Source: Thermodesulfobacteriota bacterium
Lineage (GTDB): Bacteria; Desulfobacterota_D; UBA1144; Nemesobacterales; Mycalebacteriaceae
Reading direction: 5' to 3'
DNA: 64,000 bases
NCBI GenBank assembly: GCA_965198945.1
Contig: CBDAQI010000001.1
Span: 192,001 to 256,000 of the forward strand
The position numbers were made by a program, and so were the translations under genes. Below, in pieces: positions 10,308 through 21,033 of the stretch. Below the pieces are notes generated by a model. That model did not search any database. It was given only the letters and a program-made list of their open reading frames with translations, and was not told where the DNA came from. How positions within the stretch are numbered: position 1 is the first letter of the stretch; each line of letters starts with the position of its first letter.

Positions 10308-11969
10308 ATATGCCGATGCGTTTTGATCTGGGTAAGATTGAAGTTGCCATCAGCAAAACCTTTAATTTCCATCCGAGAAAAACAAAACTGTGCCCTTTTT
10401 TTACAGCCGTCTCAATTTTTTCCGCCACGAATTCGGGAGTCATAAGAGTCTTTCCGTCATTCAAAACTTTTACACCCGCATTTTTCTGAAATTGAGTGAG
10501 AGTTCCCGATGGCGAAAATGTAATTACTTTGTTAGTTTTTCTTGTTTCATATGTCAGGGATTCGGACCAGTTGACCACAAACGCCTTTGAAGAAGAGTAG
10601 ATTGACATGAAAGGCAGCGGCGCGTAAGCCACATTGCTTGCCACATTCACTATTGTTGAATGACTTTTTTGAAGTTGTTTCAGAAGTCTTTTGACAATGA
10701 GAACCGGGGCTTTGATGTTCACATCAATCATTGAAAGAATTTGCTTTTCGTCCAGCGATTCAACGCCGCCTCTGAAACCTGTTCCGGCATTGTTAACCAG
10801 AACTTTTATTCTTGATTTGCTCAGTTTTTCAATTCAAAGTTTTATTTTGTTTTCGTTTGACAAATCGGTTTGTGACCATTGGGCTTCGGGAAATTTTTCC
10901 CGTATGTTCTCCACATTTTTGTCAACAAGAAACAATTTTCCGCCTTCTCCTCTATCGTAAACACGCTGAGCCAGAGCAAACCCTATTCCGCTGTTGGCTC
11001 CGGTAATGACCCATAATCCATTAATTTCTGGGTTGTCAGCCACAACTTCTTCAATGCCGTCTTCAAAAGCCGTGGTTTTTGGCAACTGAAAATCCGTGTG
11101 GTAATCGGGATCCGAAGCTCGGAGATAGTCAATGAAGAGATTGCTGATTTGAAGCGGCAGCAGGGGGTAAATTCTTGATGTCAGGAAACGGAAAGACGGG
11201 ACGAAAATCTGTGAAATTTTTTATCAAGAACTTTTGAAGCAATTATTTTGAAAATCTCTCCGATGCTTCTGCTTTCCGTTTCGGCAAAATATGTTTTGCC
11301 GATGATTTTTTCATTGCCTATAGCATTCATCATAGATTCAATAAGTTCTGAGACATGAATTAGAGAGACCCTGCCCGGAAAATTCAATTTATAGACTCTG
11401 GAGCCTTTTGCCACCATTGTCACAAAAGCCTGAATGTGGCTTTTTGCTCTCATGCCTGCACCATAGACCCAAGTGGGACGGATAATTGTGAATGGTATTC
11501 CGGATGAGCGGATATATTTTTCCGCATTGAGTTTTGAAACTCCATAGGAGGAACGAGGACTTGGTTTGCTTTGTACATTTAGGGGTTCGCTACACCTGTC
11601 AGAATTTTCCCTGTCCACGGCTCCTATTGTGCTCAGAAAAACAAAGTTTTTCACTCTGCTCAACTTTAAGATATCAACTATTTTCTGTGTTGGCTTCAGA
11701 TTGACCGCATCGTAATCAGAGCGGCTTGAATATACCGCGTTGGCGCCTATGTGAAAAACGTAGTCGCATTTTACCAAAATATCGGAATGATCCTCAATTT
11801 GCTCAAGTGTTCCTTGAATATACTCAATGGATTCCAATTTGGTTTCGGGCATGTTTCTGACAAGACAATATATTTTCGCACTATCTCCGTATTTTTTAAT
11901 CAGTTCGGTTAAAAAATGTGAACCGATGAAGCCTGTGGAACCCGTTATAAATATCTTCATTGATGGCAT
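10279..11969 (-). pseudogene. NAD-dependent epimerase-SDR fusion, disrupted
   Basis: ITGSTGFIG/YGVSK epimerase; 1-nt frameshift at the A6 run near 11220; SDR part (VITGANSGIG, NNAG, YSSSK) has in-frame TGA at 10834-10836. Confidence 0.8.
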
Positions 11970-12009
11970 CAGATTTGGCGGACTCTATATAAGTTTTGGA
12001 GATTATATA

Positions 12010-13815
12010 TTATAACTGAAGACCGGAGGTTTTGTTTCTCGCCAAAATACGATAAAGATTCCTTTCCCTGACTATTTCATAGTCGCTTCTTTTGAAAAAA
12101 AAGTGTCTGAAGGCGTCTTTTTGATTGCCCAAAGGGACAAAAATCACTCCTTTTCGTAACTCTTTATTGGCAAATTCAAAAAAGTTATGTCTTTTTCGTG
12201 CTTCTGACGGGAGATTGAAAATAAATATTCTTTTCCGGCTCTCTCTAACTGCATAAAATTCAAATACAATATCGGGCAGGTTTTCTTCGTGCGAGTAAAA
12301 ATCCATATATATCTTCCTTAATTTACCTGGGTGCATGAACAGAGACTTTGTCATTGGCTTGAGCTCAGAAAAAAGATATCCGGCCGGAAAGTGGTCATAA
12401 AATAAAACGGATTCCCTTCCCTTTGAAAAATCATCAATGTCTTGCTGAATCTGTGTTATGAAATTTACTCTTCCTTCGGTTGTTATAAGCCCTGCGAACG
12501 GACCGGTTTTAATTCTGGTGTCCAGTTCCGTAACGACATCATCTCTGTACATGTAAGTGTAGTTTGAGTAGACTATACTTCCACCGAAACTCAGGCAGAT
12601 AAGAAAAACAAAAAGACGGGAACGCTCTCCTCCTAATCGGAATAGATTTTTATTTTTTTGGATCAGCAGTGAGAAGAAGATTATACTTGCTATCGCTCCC
12701 GGATAAAAACCGATCGCTGCATTTGGCAACCCGTTACCACTGGTCCATGCCATAGAAAATCCACCAATTATAGAGACGGAAAAAACAGCCGCAAGTTCAA
12801 GGTGAAATCTTTCTCTCAAACTGAAATAAATCAGTAGCGGGGCAACCGCGGTCGTGTAAAAAACTAACAGAGAATGAGACTTAACGAAACTCTCAAAGGA
12901 TTTCGTTTCTTGGGTAATGAATGGAAACAGAACAAAAACCCACGGGAAGCAAAACCATCTGGTTTTGTGAAAGGCAAAACCCACCGCGGCAAGAAACCCG
13001 AACTTCCACAAATCTGGAAACCATTGAATGTATTTGTATACCACCATCGTGATGATTTTGAGTAATCCAAATCCGGTGAAATTTCCTGAAAATTCAATGG
13101 AGAATTTAAGGTTTTCAATTCCGAAACTCAGAAGTAGCAATGTCCCGGCAACGCAGACAATAAATATACCTAGAGTCAGATTTGCCAGGAAGGGTTTTTG
13201 ATTAATGTTTTTGCTCTTCAAATAAAGGTAGGAGGCAATATAAAAAGCCGCCGTTGCAAATGTCAAAGTCGGATAGGAAAAAACTCCCAAGCCAAGCAGT
13301 ATGCCCACGGCAAGGAGCTTCTTTTCGGATTTTTCAGTGAGTGCGGCGGCCCACAGAAAGAGAGCCGACAGAAGACAGACATAGGCGATATTATTGTAGT
13401 ACAATTCAGGAAAACCGAAAGGAATATAGGAGAAGGTTGTTGAGGAGATAAGAATCGCAAAAGGACGGGAGACAAGATTCTTTGAAAATAAATAAACACA
13501 AAAACTTGCCCCGATAGATAGAACGATAAAAATATGACGGGCGAACAGAGCAATACCCTCATTTTCCATCAATTCGTGATAAACATAAAATAAAGGTCTA
13601 AATAAAAGGGCCCCACTTTGTTGCATAAACAGATCGTTCACGAAGGGTTTAAAGCCGATAAAGGGCCCGTATAGCCAGCCCAAAGCTTGTGCCTCATCTG
13701 AAAAATCAACCCCGAAGTATATGCGGTAGTATGTCGCGGCAACCAAGACCACGGAGACCAGATAAAATAAAACCTCTATAATTTTAATTTGAGACGGTTT
13801 TTCATTCGATTTCAT
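12010..13815 (-). CDS. Polytopic membrane protein, GT-C-fold glycosyltransferase-like
   Basis: Many TM segments; DFSDE acidic motif after TM1; soluble C-terminal domain. Confidence 0.6.
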   Translation of the reverse strand: MKSNEKPSQIKIIEVLFYLVSVVLVAATYYRIYFGVDFSDEAQALGWLYGPFIGFKPFVNDLFMQQSGALLFRPLFYVYHELMENEGIALFARHIFIVLSIGASFCVYLFSKNLVSRPFAILISSTTFSYIPFGFPELYYNNIAYVCLLSALFLWAAALTEKSEKKLLAVGILLGLGVFSYPTLTFATAAFYIASYLYLKSKNINQKPFLANLTLGIFIVCVAGTLLLLSFGIENLKFSIEFSGNFTGFGLLKIITMVVYKYIQWFPDLWKFGFLAAVGFAFHKTRWFCFPWVFVLFPFITQETKSFESFVKSHSLLVFYTTAVAPLLIYFSLRERFHLELAAVFSVSIIGGFSMAWTSGNGLPNAAIGFYPGAIASIIFFSLLIQKNKNLFRLGGERSRLFVFLICLSFGGSIVYSNYTYMYRDDVVTELDTRIKTGPFAGLITTEGRVNFITQIQQDIDDFSKGRESVLFYDHFPAGYLFSELKPMTKSLFMHPGKLRKIYMDFYSHEENLPDIVFEFYAVRESRKRIFIFNLPSEARKRHNFFEFANKELRKGVIFVPLGNQKDAFRHFFFKRSDYEIVRERNLYRILARNKTSGLQL

Positions 13816-13949
13816 TAGAGCAGAGGATTGTTTGCGACTTTATAATAGTTTATAAGTATCAGATAGGATTTTGACTTTGTCAAGATGTCTTTTATACAGA
13901 ATAGAGTTGATAAAAAGTCATGCTTAACAGTAAAATAATAGGATTAACC

Positions 13950-14888
13950 ATGAAGAAAATATCTATAATTTCTCCCGCTTTTAATGAAGAGAAAAACCTT
14001 CCTGGAGTTCATGCCGAATTGGTTCCCGTGCTTGAAAGTCTGGAGATGGAATGGGAATGGATAATAATTGATGACCATTCAAGCGATTCAACGCCTGAAA
14101 TTATAAAGCGGTTCGCCGAGTCAGATTCAAGAATAAAAGGGCTTCGAATGGCGAAGAACCAAGGTCCTCACGTGGCCGGTCTTTTGGGTCTTCAAAAGGC
14201 GGCGGGGGGTTGTGCGGTAATTTTTGCCGCCGACGGACAGGACCCTCCTGAATATATTCCCCGTCTTGTGAATAAGGTGAAAAAAGGTACACATAAGGTT
14301 TTGTGGGTTACCCGTGAAGAAGGCAGGGAAGACCCTTTTTTTAAGCGCTTTATGGCGAAACTTTACTATCTATTAATGCGCCGTGTGATTAGAATTTCTT
14401 CCATTTCTCCAAGCGGTGGAGATATGGTGCTTATTGACGGTGCGGTTTTGAAAGAATTACGTAAATTTGTTGGAAAAAACATCAATTTAATAATTGCGAT
14501 TGCGGAAATAGGTTTCCCTCAAACAAGTATTCCGGGCAAGAAACGCTCCAGAATTCACGGCAAAAGTAATTTTACTTTCTCAAAGAATTTCAATCTGCTT
14601 TTTGACACCATTACTTCACATTCGGTCATGCCGTTGAGAGTGATGACTTTTCTGGGTTTTTCCACGGCTTTTCTGGGTTTTCTTTACGGCATCAATATCG
14701 TTGTCGCGAAGCTGAATGGTATACCGGCTGAAGGTTGGTCATCACTTGTTCTAACGGTTCTTATGCTCGGTGGAGTTCAGATGATTATGCTCGGTGTGAT
14801 AGGGGAATATCTGTGGCGGACTCTTGAAAACACGAGGAAGCGGCCGGTTGTTGTAGAATATGAAATCGGCGATTGGGGAGGAAACTAA
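13950..14888 (+). CDS. GT2 polyprenol-phosphate glycosyltransferase (GtrB-like)
   Basis: ISPAFNEE, DDHSSD, ADGQDPPE, two TM helices, GEYLWR...RKRP. Confidence 0.9.
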   Translation: MKKISIISPAFNEEKNLPGVHAELVPVLESLEMEWEWIIIDDHSSDSTPEIIKRFAESDSRIKGLRMAKNQGPHVAGLLGLQKAAGGCAVIFAADGQDPPEYIPRLVNKVKKGTHKVLWVTREEGREDPFFKRFMAKLYYLLMRRVIRISSISPSGGDMVLIDGAVLKELRKFVGKNINLIIAIAEIGFPQTSIPGKKRSRIHGKSNFTFSKNFNLLFDTITSHSVMPLRVMTFLGFSTAFLGFLYGINIVVAKLNGIPAEGWSSLVLTVLMLGGVQMIMLGVIGEYLWRTLENTRKRPVVVEYEIGDWGGN

Positions 14889-14893
14889 AAGAC

Positions 14894-15614
14894 ATGAAAT
14901 AAAGCAGAGAATTTACAGGCATTGTAAGGTTTTTAATGGACGAATTGCTTCCACCCATCTTGAGAGATAACAGACTGTTTATGAATTTTGCAGCAAGAGC
15001 TCTTTTTAAGGATATTGATATCATTGACTTTAAAGAAATTTCTTCAAATGGTCTGATGCGGAATTGATTAGATTCTATAAAAATTGGGATTCTCAATTTT
15101 CAAGACAAACTGACTTAAACAAGTCATGTTTTCAGAGAATACTAAATAATGTATTGGGAAAAAATATTTTGGAAGTTGGTTGCGGAAAGGGTTTGTTGTG
15201 TCTTTCACTTGCTGACAAATATGAAGTTGTCGCGTGTGATTTCACTGATTTTTCAGGCAGTTTCACCGGAGCAAAAGTTCGGTTTCAAATTGAGAACCTT
15301 GAAAAAGGGTTGTCATTTTCCAATAATGAATTTGATACGGTGGTTTTTGCTCACACGCTTGAGCATATACTCAATATTGATTACGCCATTTCAGAGTTGA
15401 GAAGAGTGGCAAACACAGATTTATCATGGTTGTGCCAAAACAAAGGCCCTACAAATACACACTTGATACCCATCTTCATTTTTTCCCATCTGTGTGCAGT
15501 TTATTAACTCTCATACTAAAAGACTTGAAAGGGCCAAACGAATTAAACAGAAAATGGCAATTAAAACAATTTGGAGGTGATTGGTTTTATATTGAAGATT
15601 TTCCGGCTACTTAA
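14894..15614 (+). pseudogene. SAM-dependent methyltransferase, disrupted
   Basis: TAA at codon 3; frameshifts near 15040 and 15410; ILEVGCGKG, HTLEH and VVPKQRPY in different frames. Confidence 0.8.
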
Positions 15615-15631
15615 AGAGTGTCTAAATGGCT

Positions 15632-16579
15632 TTAAAGATGTGAATTTATAAAGGCTTGATTTTCTGAAACCCATCTCCACACTCTTTCAATTCCCCCGTC
15701 AAGGCTGACCAGCGGTTTCCAGCCAAGTATTTCCCCAGCGAGCGAATTATCAAGAAAAATTCTGTCAACATCGCCGCTTTTTCTGTTCGCTCTTACGGTT
15801 TGAACCTTTTTGCCCGACACACTGCTCAGGCAGTCAATAATTTCGTTGACCGAGATTTCTTTTCCCGTGCAGATATTGAAAATACCACCCGGTTTTCCAA
15901 CGCAAAGAGCGTTTGCGCTAGCCACATCGGAGCAATGGACATAGTCTCTAGTCTGCTCCCCGTCTCCAAATATGGTTGTTTCCAAGCCTTTTTTATGGTT
16001 TCCGCACAAAATTGCTACAATTCCGGTGGTTCTTTCGGTGTCCTGTCTTTCTCCGTATACATTGGAATATCGCAGCGATGTAAAATCAATTCCTTTCTCC
16101 GACTTGAAAAAACGCAGATAGTTTTCAACACACAGTTTAGCTATCCCGTAAGGGGATTCCGGCTGCAATTTAGTCTGTTCGTCTACGGGCAGTTTATAAG
16201 TATTCCCGTAGACTGCACAGGTTGAGGCAAAGATGAATTTTTTTACTCCGTGATTGCCGCAAGTTTTCAGCAGGCTCAGCGAGCCCGCGATATTTATATC
16301 GGCATCATAGGAGGGATCTTTGGCGGAAACCCTATTGTCTATCTGCGCCGCGTGGTGATTGACTATATCAGGCTTGAATGACGAGAAAATTTTCTCAAGT
16401 GTGTGTGAGTCTCTTATGTCGCACTTTTCAAATTTTGCTTCCGGTGGGATGTTTTCTTCTTTTCCCGTTGATAAATCATCAACTATTAAAACTAGGTGGC
16501 CTTTCTTTATGAGTTCACGAGAAATATGGGAGCCTATGAACCCCGCGCCGCCTGTGAGAAGAACTTTTATTTTTTCCAT
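15632..16579 (-). CDS. NAD-dependent epimerase/dehydratase (GalE-like)
   Basis: TGGAGFIGSH, YGIAK, RYSNVYG, GDGEQTRDY. Confidence 0.9.
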   Translation of the reverse strand: MEKIKVLLTGGAGFIGSHISRELIKKGHLVLIVDDLSTGKEENIPPEAKFEKCDIRDSHTLEKIFSSFKPDIVNHHAAQIDNRVSAKDPSYDADINIAGSLSLLKTCGNHGVKKFIFASTCAVYGNTYKLPVDEQTKLQPESPYGIAKLCVENYLRFFKSEKGIDFTSLRYSNVYGERQDTERTTGIVAILCGNHKKGLETTIFGDGEQTRDYVHCSDVASANALCVGKPGGIFNICTGKEISVNEIIDCLSSVSGKKVQTVRANRKSGDVDRIFLDNSLAGEILGWKPLVSLDGGIERVWRWVSENQAFINSHL

Positions 16580-16584
16580 AATTT

Positions 16585-17526
16585 TTAAAACTTAATTTTG
16601 TATATTCCTTTTAGTGACATTTTCGCTCCGAGCCTTTCTTTGAAACGACCTAAACTGGAGGTCTTTTGAAGTTCAAATGGTGCAGTTCCTAAATCAATTA
16701 AACTGACTCCCGTATCTTTACAACATTTGTAGATGCCATCTGCCAGCATTACCACGGGACTATAGGAGTTAAATTCTGATAAATGACCCCAAAATAGCGT
16801 ATATAAAATTCTGGGGTTCAGCAAAAGGCAAATCGCGCCTGCAATGCCTTTCCCATTTTCTGATACCATATAACACTGAACAGTTTCGGGAAATTTATAA
16901 ATCATAGTTTCCGCTTCAGTCCATGACATTGACAATTTAAAACCTTGTGTTTGGCGATTATTAAGAATTATGTTATAAATCTTCCGACAGTCCGATATTT
17001 CATAAACTCTACTGAAAACAAATCCTGCTTTTTTACATTTTTTGAGTCGTTTGCGGTTGTTGTGAGCCATTTTATCTTTAAGTTCAGAGACATCTACGGA
17101 TATTTGATAGTTGGCAATATTTTCCTGCACCTGGAATCCAAGGTTCTGAAGCGCGGTACGAAGACCCGATGCCCGATTCAGATTATGAGCATCTGGAGGG
17201 CAGACCATGCTTACTTTAGTTGCTCCTTCTGAAAGCAGTTTATTGCAAACCATTTGTAGAAATAACTCAATAACTCCTTCCTCTCCCGCCACAATTGCAG
17301 GGCCTCCATATGTTGCGCGCCTTGGTGACTGAAAATGCCCTTTTTCTATTTCAGAAAAGTGTATGGCACCTATTACCTTGCTATCTTCAGTCCGTTTAAG
17401 AGTAAAATAACGGTCATTTCTCTGCAGGTGTAATTTGAAATAGCGTCTTGTTTGAAATATATCGCACCAAGTGTAATCAGGACCTTCCGGTGATTCAGTC
17501 AATATGTAGCTGCTCGGTTTTTTCAT
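16585..17526 (-). CDS. GNAT/FemAB-like acyltransferase
   Basis: SPRRATYGG, RKRLKK, IDLGT, FKERLGA. Confidence 0.7.
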   Translation of the reverse strand: MKKPSSYILTESPEGPDYTWCDIFQTRRYFKLHLQRNDRYFTLKRTEDSKVIGAIHFSEIEKGHFQSPRRATYGGPAIVAGEEGVIELFLQMVCNKLLSEGATKVSMVCPPDAHNLNRASGLRTALQNLGFQVQENIANYQISVDVSELKDKMAHNNRKRLKKCKKAGFVFSRVYEISDCRKIYNIILNNRQTQGFKLSMSWTEAETMIYKFPETVQCYMVSENGKGIAGAICLLLNPRILYTLFWGHLSEFNSYSPVVMLADGIYKCCKDTGVSLIDLGTAPFELQKTSSLGRFKERLGAKMSLKGIYKIKF

Positions 17527-17536
17527 TTGTTCAAAG

Positions 17537-18313
17537 CTAATTTCGAGATTCTACAGATTTTGTTTCCGTCAACCCACAGGGTGTTAATGTTTCTGCAATT
17601 TCAGCTAAAACGTATATGTTTGCGCATAATTCGGGTGGAAAGTCCTGTGAAACAACATTAAAACTTTTGATAATATCCGGAGAAAAATCCAGCATTGAGC
17701 CGTTTGCAAACAATTTGAGAAAATACCCACCCCTGTGCAGAATTTTGAATCCGGATTCTATAAAATCAGATTCTAACTCTTTCAGGCTGTAAACCCGTCT
17801 GTGTCCAACAAGCCTGTCTCTAGGGCTTAAATCGTCAAGATTTTTCTGTAACCCCATTGCGACTCCTACATGGCGATGTAGTGACCCACTATTGGGGACA
17901 ATGGAAAAAATCATACCTTGCGGCTTCAACCAACCTCTTATCATTTTTAGAATTTGCACCGGGCTTTCAACGTGTTCAAGAACATGGTTTGCCAAAATAA
18001 TATCGTACGGTTCTGAGGGAATATAATCTTCAAACAAAGACTCAACAATATTCAATCCCTTTTTTCTTGCTTTTTTTGCCAGTTTTTTCGAGCCTTCAAC
18101 GGTTGTGATGATGCAATTCTGTTTTTGAAGAAACTCTGTAACTATTCCTTCTCCATAACCGAGTTCAAGAACTTTTGCCTCGAGAAAATTCAGATGTTTT
18201 TTCATTATTTCACAACTAAAATCTTGTTGAATGTCTTCAATAAATATATCAGGAATATTTTTTGAGTTGTGATATTCATCGGCAATTTTGTCAAGTTCTT
18301 CAACAAGTAACAT
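17537..18313 (-). CDS. Class I SAM-dependent methyltransferase
   Basis: VLELGYGEG, VEGS, HVLEH, VPNSGSLHR, GHRRVY. Confidence 0.88.
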   Translation of the reverse strand: MLLVEELDKIADEYHNSKNIPDIFIEDIQQDFSCEIMKKHLNFLEAKVLELGYGEGIVTEFLQKQNCIITTVEGSKKLAKKARKKGLNIVESLFEDYIPSEPYDIILANHVLEHVESPVQILKMIRGWLKPQGMIFSIVPNSGSLHRHVGVAMGLQKNLDDLSPRDRLVGHRRVYSLKELESDFIESGFKILHRGGYFLKLFANGSMLDFSPDIIKSFNVVSQDFPPELCANIYVLAEIAETLTPCGLTETKSVESRN

Positions 18314-19719
18314 TATAGACCCTCCAGAATTGAATTTGCAGCTTTAATTCCCTGAATAATTTGATCGTTGAAGGAGGTGGAGGAAAAACCTCCCGCACCT
18401 CCTATTGACAAATTGGCATGGATTTTATTTGCAAAAAGTTTTTCTAAATTTTCATATTTTTGATAATTTTTTGGAGTGGGAAGAATCAGAGCTCTTTTGA
18501 AGTGTTTCAAATTTCCCTTCTTTGGTGAAACTCCGCGTCGAACAATTTTTAAGTCAACAAGTATTTCAAAGAAATTTTCCGGGGTATTATCACACGAAAG
18601 ATTGTCAGTGTTGAACTCCATGCAAATACGGTTTGTCTCCGAATTTTTTCCGGCACAGTAATCAAATTGAGTGATTCTGTAGCAAGGGGTTTTGCTGTCC
18701 AAGATGAAAGCCGTACTGAATTTTTCTATCATATCGCTTGATTCAATTTCAAAAAAGGCGCATGTGATGTTTGCTGCGTTAAAAGGCTGTGTGGTAACAC
18801 CGGTCGCACGGGCCAGTTTTGTCCAGTCACTTGCCCAAACAAAATTTTCAGGACGAATTTCATCACCGTTTTCAAGGGTGATGACAACGGAATCCCAAAA
18901 TTTAATTCCATTGACAGCTATGGGGGAGATTTCCAAAGCTGTACTTCTCCTAATTCTGTGTGCCAGAACGTTTATTGGCTCTGCCGAATTACCGCTTGCA
19001 GGATAGTAAAAGTTTACTTTGAGAACGGGTTGTGGATTTTTTGAAAAATAGGATTGAATTGTTTCAGGGTAAAATACTGGTAGCCACGCCAAACGGTGGT
19101 AATAAGCCATAAGACGTTTGCTGGGAAGGTTAGTTATTTTTCTACAAAGTGGCTCTATAAACTCTTCATGAAAAACATTGCCGTGATTTGCCCGCGAAAC
19201 TTTTTCAAGGTCCGCCTCTATGAATGCCTGCGAACTGTTCTTGTTGGCGGCGTGTAGTTCCTCAGGAGTTTTCAATTTTCGGAAATCTTCTGCGAGCCTT
19301 TTTTGAAGAGATAGATGCAGTTTTGTCAGACTTTCAAAGCGGTCGGAGATAATAAAATCTTCATACCATTTTCCTTCTATATACATTTTCGGAGTTGCAG
19401 TTTTCACTATTTTCACACCAAGCTCTTTCTCTATGTATTTTCTAATATGGCTCACGAAACGTCCCGAATCATTTTTAATTTTTGGATCGTAGCTTTCAAT
19501 GTGCGCGTCAGGTTCGTTTCTGTAAGCGGAGAACTCCAGAAAATTCATTCCAATGTCGTAATGAACGTCATCAATTTCTATTCCGCCAAAGTGACCTCCG
19601 ATAAAGTTGCTTGGGGACAGCACCAAGACTTCTTCCCCTGCGGCAATCAGCCGCTCGCCGCAAACAAGAGCCGCAACGCTGTTACCGCAAATCAGATTTT
19701 TTATTTTTTTTATAGACAA
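18313..19719 (-). CDS. Putative FAD-dependent oxidoreductase
   Basis: Degenerate N-terminal dinucleotide fold ICGNSVAAL...IGGHFGG...DIG. Confidence 0.55.
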   Translation of the reverse strand: MSIKKIKNLICGNSVAALVCGERLIAAGEEVLVLSPSNFIGGHFGGIEIDDVHYDIGMNFLEFSAYRNEPDAHIESYDPKIKNDSGRFVSHIRKYIEKELGVKIVKTATPKMYIEGKWYEDFIISDRFESLTKLHLSLQKRLAEDFRKLKTPEELHAANKNSSQAFIEADLEKVSRANHGNVFHEEFIEPLCRKITNLPSKRLMAYYHRLAWLPVFYPETIQSYFSKNPQPVLKVNFYYPASGNSAEPINVLAHRIRRSTALEISPIAVNGIKFWDSVVITLENGDEIRPENFVWASDWTKLARATGVTTQPFNAANITCAFFEIESSDMIEKFSTAFILDSKTPCYRITQFDYCAGKNSETNRICMEFNTDNLSCDNTPENFFEILVDLKIVRRGVSPKKGNLKHFKRALILPTPKNYQKYENLEKLFANKIHANLSIGGAGGFSSTSFNDQIIQGIKAANSILEGL

Positions 19720-19721
19720 AG

Positions 19722-20486
19722 TCAGGTTACTTCTAATTGCAGATTGACAAATATCTCGGAGCCGTTTTCCGGCAGGAGATGACTAATTTCATATATTCCG
19801 TTCAAAAACTCTTTGGTTATTTTCCCTTTTTCAAGGAGGTTTTGCATCTGATCGTGGCTTAGGGGTTTGAGAAAATAAGAGCCCTTGTCTCTTATTTTGA
19901 AGCCGTTCTTTTCAGCAAGTTGTGTCAAGTCTGACAAATCATATTCCCGGTTTCTTTGAAATTTGCGGGCTAATTTAGAGGATTCTTTTGTGTGTTTTAA
20001 AATACCCATCTTAACGCCAAGCAGGCGATGTATTGACTTCGCGTTTGGTGTGTTAATATGTATGATTGTATTGTTGTCTGCGATTTCTCGGACAGCTCTG
20101 AAAATAACTTCGGGATTGTTCAACTCATGAATAAGACTACTTATTGCTATGAAATCAAACTTTTTCTCTTTCAGTTCCCCAACTGCATCCTCAAATCTTT
20201 TGTTGATATAGCAAACCTTTTTTCCCAAGCGTTTTTGTATAATGCTGAGAAAATCTTTGACGGGCTCAGCAATTGTAAATTCCGTGAAGTTTTCATAATA
20301 GCCCGCAAGGGAGTCTATGCCACAGCCCACTTCCAATATTTTCCGGGGAGAATAGTTTGCCATAGATTCCAAAATGTTGCGCCTGCGGTATTCAACCATC
20401 TCTTTCTCAAATCCATAGTGGTTTAAGTATTGGTTTTTGTAGTAATTGAGGTCACGACTGTTCATTTGAGCTCTCAGATCGGTCAT
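19722..20486 (-). CDS. Class I SAM-dependent methyltransferase
   Basis: ILEVGCG, LIHE, TPNAKSIHR; similar in architecture to 17537-18313. Confidence 0.85.
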   Translation of the reverse strand: MTDLRAQMNSRDLNYYKNQYLNHYGFEKEMVEYRRRNILESMANYSPRKILEVGCGIDSLAGYYENFTEFTIAEPVKDFLSIIQKRLGKKVCYINKRFEDAVGELKEKKFDFIAISSLIHELNNPEVIFRAVREIADNNTIIHINTPNAKSIHRLLGVKMGILKHTKESSKLARKFQRNREYDLSDLTQLAEKNGFKIRDKGSYFLKPLSHDQMQNLLEKGKITKEFLNGIYEISHLLPENGSEIFVNLQLEVT

Positions 20487-20511
20487 TTAGCCTTACTAAT
20501 TTAACATACAT

Positions 20512-21033
20512 ATGATATTATATAAACCAACTGAGTTGTTAAGTAAATTTTTATTATCTTTCTTGTGTTCGGTACGAGATCTGCTATTGGGAAGTCAATT
20601 TTTGCGTTTTCTTGTGGTCGGCGCTGTCAAAACAGCTATTACATACTTGATTTATATCGTTTTTCTTTATTTGATAAGTCCCTACTGGTCTTATTTTGTA
20701 GCTTTTCTTGCAAGCATTTTGCCATCTTATTATCTCAATTTGAAATTTACTTTCCGTTCGCAACACTCAAGAGAGAAAATTTTTTCCTATCCGCTGATTT
20801 TAATCTTTCAGTTTTTGCTTGGAATCCTGGTTTTTCACATTTCCCTGAAAGCCGGGGTGTCTGAGCAAGTTGCGCCCTTTTTTGCTATTGCAGCTTCAAG
20901 CCCAGCCGCTTTTTTCATATCGCGCTGGACAATAAGCGGGGGAAAACACAGTAGAAATCCCGTTCTATTTCTTTCGATTTCAGCTTTTATAGTTTCAATC
21001 GCGGCGGTTTACGGTGCACTTACTAAGTGGTGA
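20512..21033 (+). CDS. GtrA family flippase, probably the N-terminus of a frameshifted fusion
   Basis: QFLRFLVVG, SYYLNLKFTF, four TM helices. Confidence 0.8.
   Translation: MILYKPTELLSKFLLSFLCSVRDLLLGSQFLRFLVVGAVKTAITYLIYIVFLYLISPYWSYFVAFLASILPSYYLNLKFTFRSQHSREKIFSYPLILIFQFLLGILVFHISLKAGVSEQVAPFFAIAASSPAAFFISRWTISGGKHSRNPVLFLSISAFIVSIAAVYGALTKW

Noticed and set aside
8260..11225. Programmed ribosomal frameshifting at the A6 runs
   Set aside because: The AAAAAAG near 8265-8271 is not in the A-AAA-AAG phase and needs a +1 shift. The gene shifted at 11220 also has a nonsense codon.
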